Assembly: GCF_001194135.2 (NCBI RefSeq)
Contig: NC_068982.1
Span: 61,012,838 to 61,076,837, forward strand
Length of the DNA stretch: 64,000 bases
Reading direction: 5' to 3'
From: Octopus bimaculoides
Lineage: Eukaryota
Part shown: one piece after another, positions 1 through 11,703 of the stretch
How positions within the stretch are numbered: position 1 is the first letter of the stretch
Layout: every line of letters begins with the position of its first letter
Program-made: the position numbers and the translations under genes
Notes under the pieces: generated by a model
What the model was told of the DNA's origin: nothing
The model's input: the letters and a program-made list of their open reading frames with translations, nothing else
The model's database searches: none

Positions 1-252
1 AAAGCTGAACATTAGAAGCATCAGTTGTGGTGTGCAAGAGAGACGATTGCGCTGGTATGGACATGTGGTGAGAATGGATGAGGATAGCTGCGTGAAAAAG
101 TGCCACACCCTAACAGTTGAAGGAACCAGCTGTAGAAACTCTGCCAAATTTAGATTGGAGCCTGGTGTTGCCATCCGGTTTCACCAGTCTTCAGTCAACT
201 AGTCCAACCCATGCTAGCATGGAAAGCGAACGTTAAACGATGATGATGATGA
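1..252 (+). mobile_element. RTE-clade LINE 3' fragment (RT C-terminus fused to 3' tail)
   Basis: Frame starting at base 2 reads KLNIRSISCGVQERRLRWYGHVVRMDEDSCVKKCHTLTVEGT (RRLRWxGHVxRM motif of RTE C-termini). It then jumps to the recurrent tail agctgtagaaactctgcc...ccaacccatgctagcatggaaagc...gttaaac(gat)n. Confidence 0.85.
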
Positions 253-2097
253 TATATATATATATATATACCATGCAGTGGTACTGAACCCAGAACCTTG
301 TTGTAGGGAAGCAAAGTTTTTACCACACAGTCGGATTTATGCAAAATTATCAACGTCAAATATTTTCCAGAAAAATTAAAAGTATTTGTAAACTATAATT
401 ATGCACTAATGTACAAAAATATTCAAAATTACCCAAAATGCTTTGCATGACACTAAATATATAAATGCACAATGGCAATTGCTACATTGTCAATAGTTCA
501 TTTTTCTCTCAGCTGTAATTGTTCTTAGTTTAATACTTGAATTGTAATAAGTAATGATTTTGTTTTTAATTCAATTATTCATTTAATAATCTCTTCTAAC
601 AATTGTCTTTTATATTTATAGATGAACTGGAGTAATTAAATCAGATTTGTTTTATGTTCTTGTAATTAAATTTGTTAGATTTTTATAATTTATTTATATT
701 TTATAACCATTCTTGTTATTTGCTACAGAAGTTAGTTTAATAGTTTGTTTGAGTTTGTTTTTTTTTTAACAAATCCAGATGTTTTGTTGTAATTCAAACA
801 TTGTTCACAAATCTGTTAGAAGCATTATGTTGTAATTAGCAAAGATGAAAAAGAGTAAAACCTGTAAATGAAATTAATATTTTCAATAATTTTGCATAAG
901 ATTCAATGTTGTAATTAATGAAATACTCTGATTTGTATTCAAATTAATAATCAGAGTAGTAAGCAAATTTAATTAACATAAGTATTTTCTTATTCAAGAA
1001 GATCTTTATAGATGTATATTTTATGTTATCTAAAACCCTACAGGATTTTAATCTATCTCTCATAAGACATGCTATAAAATTGTGAGAGTGATTGAAATTA
1101 TGATCATTTTTGCTTAATAAAAATGATGAATGGAATATTTTACCAACATGAAGATTTGTTAATAATCTTTTAAAGTTGTTATTATTATTCTTTAGTTCCC
1201 ATCTTATCCTTGATTGAGCAAATTTACAGTCAAAAGCATTTCAACTGTGACCAAACCCCATGTGACAACAGCCCAAGCCAGATGTGAAATGTAAGTCTTA
1301 TTTTGATTGTTAAAAGGTCCAGGCCTTCTGATGTGATATGTAGAATCCACTTCAGATTGTTCATTAAGTATTTTAATCATCAGTGATAAATGCAAATAAT
1401 TGATCCATGGGTAGATGCAAAGAATATACATGATATACTTGTGGGTAACTGAACAGAAGAAAAGAACAAGACTAATGTATGAATAAAGGTGATTTTTTTA
1501 GAAAATGCTCTCCTTTTCATTATACAGTAGCTGAGAGAAAGTTCCATAAAATCATAAACCCATGTGAACTGGCACACATGGAGCCCCCTTTGCCTGACTA
1601 CTCTGTCTGTTTGTATATTTGTCCAATGTTCCTTCATTTTAGACCCTAGTGATTAGATTTCAAAGGGATTTACTTAAATTTCTAGAAGATTTAAGCAACG
1701 TCTTACTTCATAAAGACTCCCTCCCTTGGTTCGGTATGCTTAAAACATTTTCTTCGGGTACAATAAATTCAACCTTGCTTCAGTTATGTCCCCTGGCTGT
1801 ATGGTATTTGAATTGAGCTAAAGTACCATACAAAACTGTGATGTTCTTGCCTGAAACTAAAGCCTTGTAAAATACTACAATACCTCTTTAAGAGATTCAT
1901 GCTGGAACATGTTCATTAAATGAACTCATTACAAATATTCAGTAAAAACAAAAACATTTGATTAGCAAACAAAATTTGTCTTATAAATGAAAAAAGTTAT
2001 TTCAAGTTTTTGGGCCCAAACATGTTCTTTTTCAGATGGAATTTCATAAAAACCAAAGAATTATATCTTGAAAATTTAATGCCAGTGTCACGTAACA

Positions 2098-2387
2098 GGC
2101 ACCCATGCTAGTGGCACATAAAAAGTACCCTTCAGACATGGGGCCTCATGGAGGCAATGATAAGTGACCATGACCTTTGGTGATATTCTGTGCTTGAGAA
2201 AACTTGTCAAGCCAACTAAAAGTGAAATTGTGGTCGATACTAGTTTCACATAACTGGCACTCATGCCAGTGACATAAAAAGCACCCATTACATTCTTGGA
2301 GTGGTTGGTGTTATGAAGGGCATCCAGCTGTAGAAACTATGCCAAATCAGATTGGAGTCTGATGGAAAGCAGGCACTAAATGATGAT
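2098..2387 (+). mobile_element. Degenerate RTE LINE 3' end
   Basis: LQTWGLMEAMISDHDLW*YSVLEKTCQAN* resembles the 3799 copy; followed by the ggagtggttgg...aagggcatccagctgtagaaact tail. Confidence 0.7.
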
Positions 2388-3735
2388 AGAAGCTAAGAGT
2401 AACATTCTTTACTCCAATTTTTAAAAAATTTTATTACATTCATTTCTTCTTCTTGGATTCTTTTTTTCATGTTAGTTATAGCTTTCATCTAATTTCAGAA
2501 TGTAAGAATTCTTGTATATCATTGTATGTCTTATTTTTGATAGCCTAAACATTTCTCCAACAGATGTAGAAAATTTGGTCTTAATTCTTTCTTTAGTATG
2601 ATACACAAGAGAATCAAAAATCAATTACCACATTACACCATGTGTTTAGAACCCTTATAAACCTGCCGAGAGTCAGAAAACTGATCAAGATGAAACTATC
2701 TTTTTTATTCTACTTTTGTTTGTAACTGTTATCAACTTCCACCTGCCAGTGACAAATCACTTGAAAAAAACTAAGCCTAATGTTCAAATTGAAACACTAA
2801 TGAAATACTAAAAACATTTGATTAATTAAACTAGATAAAATTCTACATGCATCCTCTATTTCCTCATCTTAACCTTCGTTATTTCTCCTTTAATAGCAAT
2901 GATCAGATCATTCTGCTTGATGAAATTTTGATGATTTTTTTCATGTTGTTTTAGTTAATTATTTGATTTATTCTGAACTTGTATGATTACCTTTTATAAT
3001 CTTGGATTACATTTTCCTCTGTTCATCCTAATCACTAAATATTTTACTGTTTTTTGTTGTGTCTCCAACATTTTTTTATTTTCTACTCATGTCCTTTAAG
3101 TTAAAGTAAAGAACCAAAGTAAACTGCTTTTTTTATAATAAATTAAATCTCCATTCAAAATTATTATAAAACTTGTTTAAATTTCATCTATTAAATAAGA
3201 GGAAAATTAAATAAGAGGGCTAGAAGATGCAGGTTGCCAAGATTAAGGTAAAGGTTGCCAAAACTCAAGAGCATGTGTATAGAAATGATGATACCTTCAA
3301 ATGTTGCCAAATAGAATGGTATAATGGTATACTTTCTGGGAAATAAACAGGATGTATTGGAATAAGCTTAATACTTGAAGCAGAAACTAAAATTCTTCAA
3401 TGCTTCCCTTGATGCTGTTAGGGCATCAAGGGAAGTGAGGTCACCACAGAAATGGTAAATGGTTTAGGGCACAAAAGAAATCACTTTAAACTTGCTAAAA
3501 TAATATTTGGGATGCCTTATCTCTACTGAGTATAGAAGCAGATGTGTTATGTAAGATTAAATTTTGAGGATTTGATCAAAGACTTTGCAATTAAAAAATT
3601 GGAGAAAGCTTTCCTAATATAAATAAAGTGGAATTATACAAAAATAAAAATTATTTTCTATTTTATCGTTAGTTTTGTTTCATTTGGGAAAATGAAAATT
3701 TATTTTATGGTTTATTATTGTTTATATTTTGAATT

Positions 3736-3767
<32 letters not shown>

Positions 3768-3798
3768 GCACACACACACACACATATGTATGTATGTA

Positions 3799-4275
3799 TG
3801 ACCTTCGTACATTGGGCCTCACCGAGGCGATGACTACTGACCAAGACCTTTGGAAATGTGCTGTGCGTGAGAAGACCCGGCAAGCCAAGTAAGATCGTTG
3901 CCAGTGCCCCTGGACTGGTTCTTGTGCGGGTGGCACATGAGATGCACCATTTTGAGCGTGGNNNNNNNNNNNNNNNNNNNNNNNNNNNNNNNNNNNNNNN
4001 NNNNNNNNNNNNNNNNNNNNNNNNNNNNNNNNNNNNNNNNNNNNNNNNNNNNNNNNNNNNNNNNNNNNNNNNNNNNNNNNNNNNNNNNNNNNNNNNNNNN
4101 NNNNNNNNNNNNNNNNNNNNNNNNNNNNNNNNNNNNNNNNNNNNNNNNNNNNNNNNNNNNCTGCCAAATTAGACTGGAGCCTGGTGTTGCCATCCGGTTT
4201 CACCAGTCCTCAGTCAAATCGTCCAACCCATGCTAGCATGGAAAGCGGACGTTAAACGATGATGATGATGATGAT
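3799..4275 (+). mobile_element. RTE LINE 3' end (C-terminus, UTR repeat unit, tail), with assembly gap
   Basis: DLRTLGLTEAMTTDQDLWKCAVREKTRQAK*, then a gatcgttgccagtgcccctggactgg unit, an N gap (3962-4160), then a tail nearly identical to 128-240 and 9640-9750, ending in (gat)n. Confidence 0.85.
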
Positions 4276-4277
4276 GA

Positions 4278-4313
<36 letters not shown>

Positions 4314-6979
4314 GGGTACCAAAATTTTTTTAAACACTTAGGGCCTCTATGGGTCTTAATTTAGCCCTGAATGAGGGGTGGGAAAAAACATTTACCTAAT
4401 ATTTTTGTATTGGTTGATTGGTTTGCTGGAAGAGTGTTTTCTTTATTTCTGCAAGTGAGGTAGGTGTCATTATTCTGAAAGCTAAGGGAGGGAATAATAT
4501 AAAAAAGTGAAATTTTGGAAAAAAATTATTTGAGATCTTTAGCCATTACTTCTAGCATGTTGAGCAAGCACATTGAGGCCATCCTCCTGTCACCTGCTGG
4601 TTTAACAACATCCATGCATATGCAGTGCATATTGTTATTCCAATAGTTGAGTGAAGGATTGATTTATCAGACTGTAATATTGGAAAACATTGTTCTTCAG
4701 AGATTTGGCTGTTATTTCAAGCATGTCAGTAACCATATTGAGGCCTATCTCATTTTGCTTACTAGTTTGACCAGCATCCATGCATAGGGAAAAGAGCAGT
4801 CAAGTTTTAAAACATCCAGAATGTTGGTATAGTGGGAGTCGGTACTTTGAAAAGTCAGGAGGGGGAGATTTCATTAAAAAATTGATATTTTGAAAATAAT
4901 TTTTTTTTTTAAGAATCATCTTCATATTTTCCTACATAGAATTCTCAATAAATTTTCAGTGAAAATCAAAAATTTGTGTGTGTGTGTCTGTGTGGTGGTT
5001 GTCATGATGGCGTTGGTAAGAATTTGAAATTTTGAAAAGCTGTTTTGGGGATCAGATCATAAACTCTGTTGTTGAAAACAGAAAATTCTAGAGAAATTTT
5101 TGAAAGAAAAATAATACAGAAAAAGGTGGGGTGCGTATTCAACATGTCTTCCTGTAATTTCTTCTAATTTTTACAGATCATCTCAATTTTGCTCTGATCT
5201 TACAGTTTATTTGTGTATTTATGTGTGTTTGTGCAAGTGTGTGCATAAGTGGGTACATATATGTGTACACACATATACATACACACTCTGCATATAGGCA
5301 TAACTACAGTTTAATGTCCCAGAGATCACTCAAATTTGAGCAATTTTTACCCATAAGTTTTTTCCTATTGTAACCAATTTTGATGTGGTTTTCAGCTATC
5401 TCAAGCATTTAGCCTGTTTTAAAACATACCATCTAAGATAGATTCAATTTTTTAAAAAGTATGTCTAACAATGTCTTTCTGACAGAAAAGTGAGGATGTT
5501 ACGTCATTGATAAAAGCAGATGCTATTAAAATACCCAATACTTATTCAGCCTATGTATAAATTCATTTACTTGGCACTAACAACTTCATTCCTATCATTT
5601 TCCATTAATGTTATGTTTAATAAATAACATTTTCTGCTAATGTTTTTTTGTTTTTTTTAGTTTTTACTAAATATTACAGAAAAGTTTTATATATTAAAAT
5701 TACTAAATAAATGAATTGAATATAGCTCGAATGAATCTTGCAATATTATGATGGATAAACACCATTTCCAAATATATCATTTACTATGCTATTGTTGTTA
5801 CTCAGATGCCAAATACATTTAGTAGTTTTCCTGTGAATTCCTTATTATTACCCATCTTGTCTAAAGCAGTAAGAAAATAGATTTGTTCTACATTTGTTTG
5901 AACATGTTTCTCACTTTAATGTTCCATTAGCAATGTAGCCTGGGATTTTGAAAGAGTATATGAAGTTTACAGGTGTACACGGTTATTTTTTGAAGGATAA
6001 GAAATTTTCTTGGATATGTTTTCACCTATGAAGATGATATGATCTTAATATAATCTCTAGAGAGAATTATATTTGATATATTTAATACAAAATATATTTA
6101 GTGAGTTTATAATTTAGTTATGATGATATTGTTAATAGAATAAATCAGGATTTTTCTGAAAGATTATAGATGCAAGAGCTATTTTCCTTTGTGTATAGTA
6201 TGAAGAGAGTAGCTTTTCCAGTATTGTTAGTTTTACATAATTTGACTTTGAAACACATACCTTGGTGAGAGACTAAGAATATTCTTAGCAAGAATTCATT
6301 TGACGGGTTCTGCCAACCCTTGTGTATCTTTTATGTAATATTAGTCTTCAGAGAGTTGTAATGATTTTGAACATTAATTCATCTCTGCACATTTTCGTGT
6401 CTGTAATTTTGTTCTTTTTATTTACACAGTTAAGCTTGCGTAGTGGGATTTGAAAAGTTCCACTAGTATAGAGAAAAATTAACTTAGGCAATACTTAAGT
6501 AGCTTGGATGTCAGTTACCTTTAAGCTAGAGAAAAGAATATCATCCCATAAAGGTCACTTGAAGAGCAGTTAGAAAATTGATTACAATTCTGTAAGAATG
6601 TAACAGAAAATCTATGGATAAAATGGCCTCAACGGGAAAATAATTCTTCTTGAAAGGTAAGTAATTAGTACAAACATCTTGAAAATTTAGAATTCCTGCT
6701 CAAACAAGTATGGAAAGAAATTTTACTTTGGCTTGAATAAATGTAATATAGCTGCTTGGCAAATAAAAATAACCAAAAACAATGTTTTATTGTGCTGAAA
6801 TCTTACATTATAAATGGCACATCTCCCATCCTAGACAGAATAGTATTTCATCTTCAGAAATTTTACATATCCCTTTGACAGGAAACAATTCACTGTAGGC
6901 ATCATAAGCCATCAACTTAGTCGTATCCATTTCCACTAAAAGTTATCAACATATTTTGTCATGTTCTGTTAATCATAGA

Positions 6980-7170
6980 TGCAGGCATAGCCCTGTTACT
7001 TAGAAATTTGTTTCGTAATCATGAGATTCTAGGTTTGATCTTACCTTAGTCAAGTCTCTCTTACCTTAGTCAAGTCTCTCTTACCTTAGTCAAGTCTCTT
7101 TAGCTTTAGCTTTAATTTAATCCAAGTCTTTCCAGTGAAACTTGATAGATAGAAACTGTGTATGTAGCTG
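6980..7170 (+). mobile_element. Degenerate tRNA-derived SINE head with internal 20-bp triplication
   Basis: gcaggcatagcc...gatagatagaaactg resembles the heads of the 27021 and 53405 SINEs; ttaccttagtcaagtctctc occurs three times in tandem at 7041-7100. Confidence 0.55.
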
Positions 7171-8813
7171 TTCAGATGAGGTTTCTAATCTGAAGTTAAT
7201 ATTCCTTTCCTAAACAAATCTTGGAAGCCCTGCAAATGTGATAGATAGAGGCCCTTCTTCCTCTTACTAATCTATAGAAAATGTTGAATAAGAAAGTTGT
7301 AGTAATGTTCTTCAGAGTACAAAACAGTTTTTGTGTTGACTGAGTAGATTTATGATCGGTATCCTAGCCATGGCCACTTTATCCTTTTATATAACAGGGT
7401 CCACATTGTTCAATGTAGACTTTATTTAGGATTGTAAAGTATGATGACTGGAGGGATATAAGGGTGGCGCAAATTTTAACAGGTTGAGTGATTGTATAGA
7501 GACTTCATGACGATGGTGGTAATTGTGTTGTTGTTATAGTCATTTAACCTTAAATCAGCCCTATGTTATTCTTTTTACATCAGACATAGAACATCTAGGA
7601 TGACATTATCCAAAGGGGGTATGATTTGAGGGTAAAATTGGTTGCTATTCCTAGTAGATCAAGCAGCTACATAATGGCTCTCCCTGTGGGCTTGTTTGAA
7701 GATAGATTTATATATAGATGTATACAAGTCTCAGAGTTTTTATTTATTTATTTTTACTCTCTAGTTATATTTAAATTCATGAATATTGATTGAATCTCTA
7801 TTTGAGCACACAGTGACTTTATTCCTGCAGCTATTGTCCCTCTATCTAGTATTGATTGCAAAAGCTAAAGTGCCATAAAATTTATCCAACTGAATCAATG
7901 ACTCAGGTTTGGGTCTCACACTCTCCCTTTCTCTCTCTCTAGAGATTGGCATCCATCTAAAAGCTTTAATAGATTATAAGTTCTTCCTGTTTTCATTCAA
8001 CAAACAGAAAAGAAAAATGATGCTCAATTTTTTACAACAGCCAGCTGAATTTATCAAAGTTGATTTGATAATGAAATACAGATCCCTTCATTTATTTTTT
8101 TTTCCTTTTGTGAAGTTGTCAACTAGTTAATTATGTACATTAAACATCTCTTCTCCCTTTCTCATGCACACACATACAAACACATCAAACACACACTACT
8201 CTCAAAGCAAAGCTATAATTACACACATACACTTCTTGATTTCAAAAATGTCTTCTAGTGTCTTTTAACTATTTTCATATGAAATTTTGACTATTAGTGT
8301 TCTTAGCTTTTAAGTCAGTAGCAATTAGCTTTTTCGGTAGCAATTTTTTTTTTCACTTGAAAAATATACATTTTACATTTTATCTCTGAACCAGTAAGGG
8401 AGCCTCTATGTGATTGTAAGAAAGAGCAGCCTAATCTGCTTCAAAGTTCAACTAATAGGTCTACAAGATCAGGACTGACCTGGGGTTGCACAACAACAAC
8501 AACAACAACATCTTATCTTTTATCTTCTGTTGCTTTGATATAACATGACAACTGCTTGTCTTCCAGCTATAATTAACACATACATGTGAGCTCTCAAGAA
8601 ATATTGAAAGATACAATCTTTTTTTCTTTTTCTTTTTACTTTATTTATATCCACAAACCCATACAAAAAGATATCATTAGAGAGATGTATACTTTTACAA
8701 ACACAAGTAAGTATATACTCAAGAGCTTTCATGCTCTCTCTCTCTCTCTCAGTCTATACATTCATATACGCAAGCATGCATACATATATGTGTATGCATA
8801 TGTGTGCATATAT

Positions 8814-8872
<59 letters not shown>

Positions 8873-9136
8873 TCTGTGTGTGTGTGTGTACACGTGTGTA
8901 TTTATGTCAGGTACCTCTTCTGCTAGCATGTAACCCAATTCAACTTGTTACATGGTCAGACTGTTGGTGACTAAAGTACCCTATTCCACCAAGCAGGGTC
9001 AGTGGCATAGGGTGGTTTTTGAACATTCTACTGGATATAAAACAAGACCTGTCAAAGGGTGAATGAACTCAGGAGAGTTAATGACTATCCAGTTTCATTA
9101 TAACTATAAATACATACATATATATATATGTATATG

Positions 9137-9167
<31 letters not shown>

Positions 9168-9457
9168 NNNNNNNNNNNNNNNNNNNNNNNNNNNNNNNNN
9201 NNNNNNNNNNNNNNNNNNNNNNNNNNNNNNNNNNNNNNNNNNNNNNNNNNNNNNNNNNNNNNNNNNNNNNNNNNNNNNNNNNNNNNNNNNNNNNNNNNNN
9301 NNNNNNNNNNNNNNNNNNNNNNNNNNNNNNNNNNNNNNNNNNNNNNNNNNNNNNNNNNNNNNNNNNNNNNNNNNNNNNNNNNNNNNNNNNNNNNNNNNNN
9401 NNNNNNNNNNNNNNNNNNNNNNNNNNNNNNNNNNNNNNNNNNNNNNNNNNNNNNNNN

Positions 9458-9533
9458 AGAAGAAGAAGAAGAAGAAGAAGAAGAAGAAGAAGAAGAAGAA
9501 GAAGAAGAAGAAGAAGAAGAAGAAGAAGAAGAA
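9458..9533. repeat. (GAA)n microsatellite
   Basis: Perfect triplet run next to an N gap. Confidence 0.95.
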
Positions 9534-9621
9534 TGCAGGAGTAGTATGACAGTAGCAGGATGTTGGTGGAATCCTCTTAAATGGTCAAGTGACCCGTTGT
9601 GGTTTCAGTCATTTGACTGCG

Positions 9622-9775
9622 GGCGTTAGGAAGGGCATCCAGCTGTAGAAACTCTGCCAAATTAGATTGGAGCCTGGTGTTGCCATCCGGTTTCACCAAT
9701 CCTCAGTCAAATCGTCCAACCCATGCTAGCATGGAAAGCGGACGTTAAACGATGATGATGATGATGATGATGATA
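9622..9775 (+). mobile_element. RTE-derived 3' tail copy
   Basis: gcgttaggaagggcatccagctgtagaaactctgcc...gacgttaaac(gat)n followed by (ta)n. Confidence 0.85.
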
Positions 9776-9824
9776 TATATATATATATATATATAAATGG
9801 AGTTAAACACAGGTGTTATTCAAA

Positions 9825-9925
9825 TTCTTTTACTTCCGGTACATGTTTCGAAGATATCACTGGTATTATTCCAAAGGAATAAAATGTGTAAAACAATATA
9901 ATCTTCTCTTCAGGGAAATGAAGAA
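9825..9925 (-). ncRNA. Type I hammerhead ribozyme-like fold in the PLE terminal repeat, cleavage site mutated
   Basis: Minus strand: stem I ttcc + CTGAAGA (9913-9907) + stem II GAAGAT/ATCTTC (6 bp) + GAAA (9849-9846) + CATGT-ACC + GGAAG (stem I partner). The inverted copy at ~11734-11750 has CATGT-GTC (canonical GUC). Confidence 0.65.
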
Positions 9926-10209
9926 ATGAAACTTGTCAATAAGACATTTTAACAGAAAATGATGGATATGTATAGTGATTAACTGAACGCTATTAAGTTT
10001 GTTTTTAAAAAAAATGTTAGAGGATATAACGTCAAAGGTAAACTATAGAAATAGGAGGGGTAAAGGAAAGAAAAAAAAAACAAATAAATGAGAAGTATAT
10101 AACGATATGTAAATTAAATAAAACCCTATAGTCTTAGAAAAGAATATATCTAGTGAATGTGAAATGTAAGAAGAAAATTAATGTTTAAATTATATATAAT
10201 GGATAGATA

Positions 10210-11703
10210 TCACTTATATGAACTAAAGGTGTGTTTCTGCCAATGTTTACATCGGTATGCATGCTCTGTAACCATGTTTACAAGGGGATTTTTAGAAAAA
10301 CAAATAAAAAAAATAGTTCAGAATTACAGAGAAGACAGAATTCCTTGCCTTTATCATAAGGTATCGAAATTGAGAGAATTAACCAATCTAAATTAAATTG
10401 TTTATTATGGTCTATTAGATACCAAATTAATTTACTAAGCCTTGTACTGTTACGTTTATTCCTATCCCCAAATGTAGAGTAATGATTAGACATTCTTTTA
10501 GATAACTGAGAAGATGAGCTGCCTCTATAAAAAAATACTTCATTACCAGAAGTAATTTTACACTAGTATATAGAGTTTTTAATCTTAGAATTACTTGACA
10601 TAAACTTGATTCTGTTGTAATTGAATTCAGATACAACAACCTTGTTATTAATATTTCTAGGGGGATGGATGGTATTAGCTAAATTAATGTTAGTATTAGT
10701 AAATGTATCAATATTTAACAGGCTAAAATTACGTGAAGAGATCATTTGTAAGAGATTTTTTGTGTTGGGAACACCAATTCTAATTGTGTGTGAGTTGATA
10801 ATAGAGTAATACCTAGAATTCTTTGGAAAATTCCTAATAATAGCTTCATGAAACTGCAAAGGAAGATTAGATTTAATTTGCCTCCCATAAGGAATAATTA
10901 ACCAAATGGTTTTACTTTTAGTTACTTTATTTTTAGTGTAACTATCTTTGAAAGACATAGATTTACCTTTAGAACGAAAATAGGGGATTAAATAAGGGCT
11001 ATCTCCCTTCCTCTGTTTGGTGTTGACGTATAAATTAAAATTGATATCGTTTATATCCTTACAACTAGATTTCATATCTCCATTAGTAAAGGTAGAATAA
11101 GATTGAATGGAATTAATGTAGGTAACTTTCTCTGTATAACCTACTTTAAGTAAGGCAGAGTTATAANNNNNNNNNNTGGAATTAATGTAGGTAACTTTCT
11201 CTGTATAACCTACTTTAAGTAAGGCAGAGTTATAAAATTCGGCCTTATCATTGAAAATGTCAACATTAGCAGATAACTTAGACAATCTAAATGAAATATT
11301 CTTAACTAAGTTCCTAGTAATTGCCCTAGATTGATTACTGAATTTGCTAATATACTTAAGATTGGTCGATGGTTTATGGTATGGGAAGTACACATTATTG
11401 TGTAAGTTAAGTGTAATATCTAAAAAGTTGACCTTCATTATATCATCATGAAAAACGATGCTTAAGCCCATTCTACGGAAAAACTTAACTAAACTATTCT
11501 TAACTTTTTGTACTTTTTGGTTGGAAACATTTTGAAGATAAAGACCTCCATTTATGTTTGGGAACTGTTCTGCCATTTCAAAAGTATATATATATACAGA
11601 TTCAATCAGCTACTTGTGCTGAATCAGAACTTCCCATTGTAACATCAAAACTATCTGGTGTTTCTTTACGGACCCACAACTTATTGTCAAAATTTATGAT
11701 AGG
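10210..11703 (-). pseudogene. Disrupted PLE reverse transcriptase/GIY-YIG endonuclease ORF
   Basis: ORFs 10563-11576 and 10278-10493 are in the same frame (285 nt offset), separated by TAG. A frameshift in a T-run precedes the C-terminal LVNMVTEHAYRCKHWQKHTFSSYK*. There are stops upstream, and no YxDD motif after GGLY. Confidence 0.85.

Noticed and set aside
4185-4215. Minus-strand CTGAGGA-ctggt-GAAA in the RTE tail, hammerhead-like
   Set aside because: No pairable stem II with a purine-pyrimidine closure and no NUH with a stem I partner.
11107-11235. Direct repeat giving YNSALLKVGYTEKVTYINS twice in the PLE ORF
   Set aside because: The two copies are identical and separated by a 10-N gap: an unmerged contig overlap, not a biological duplication.
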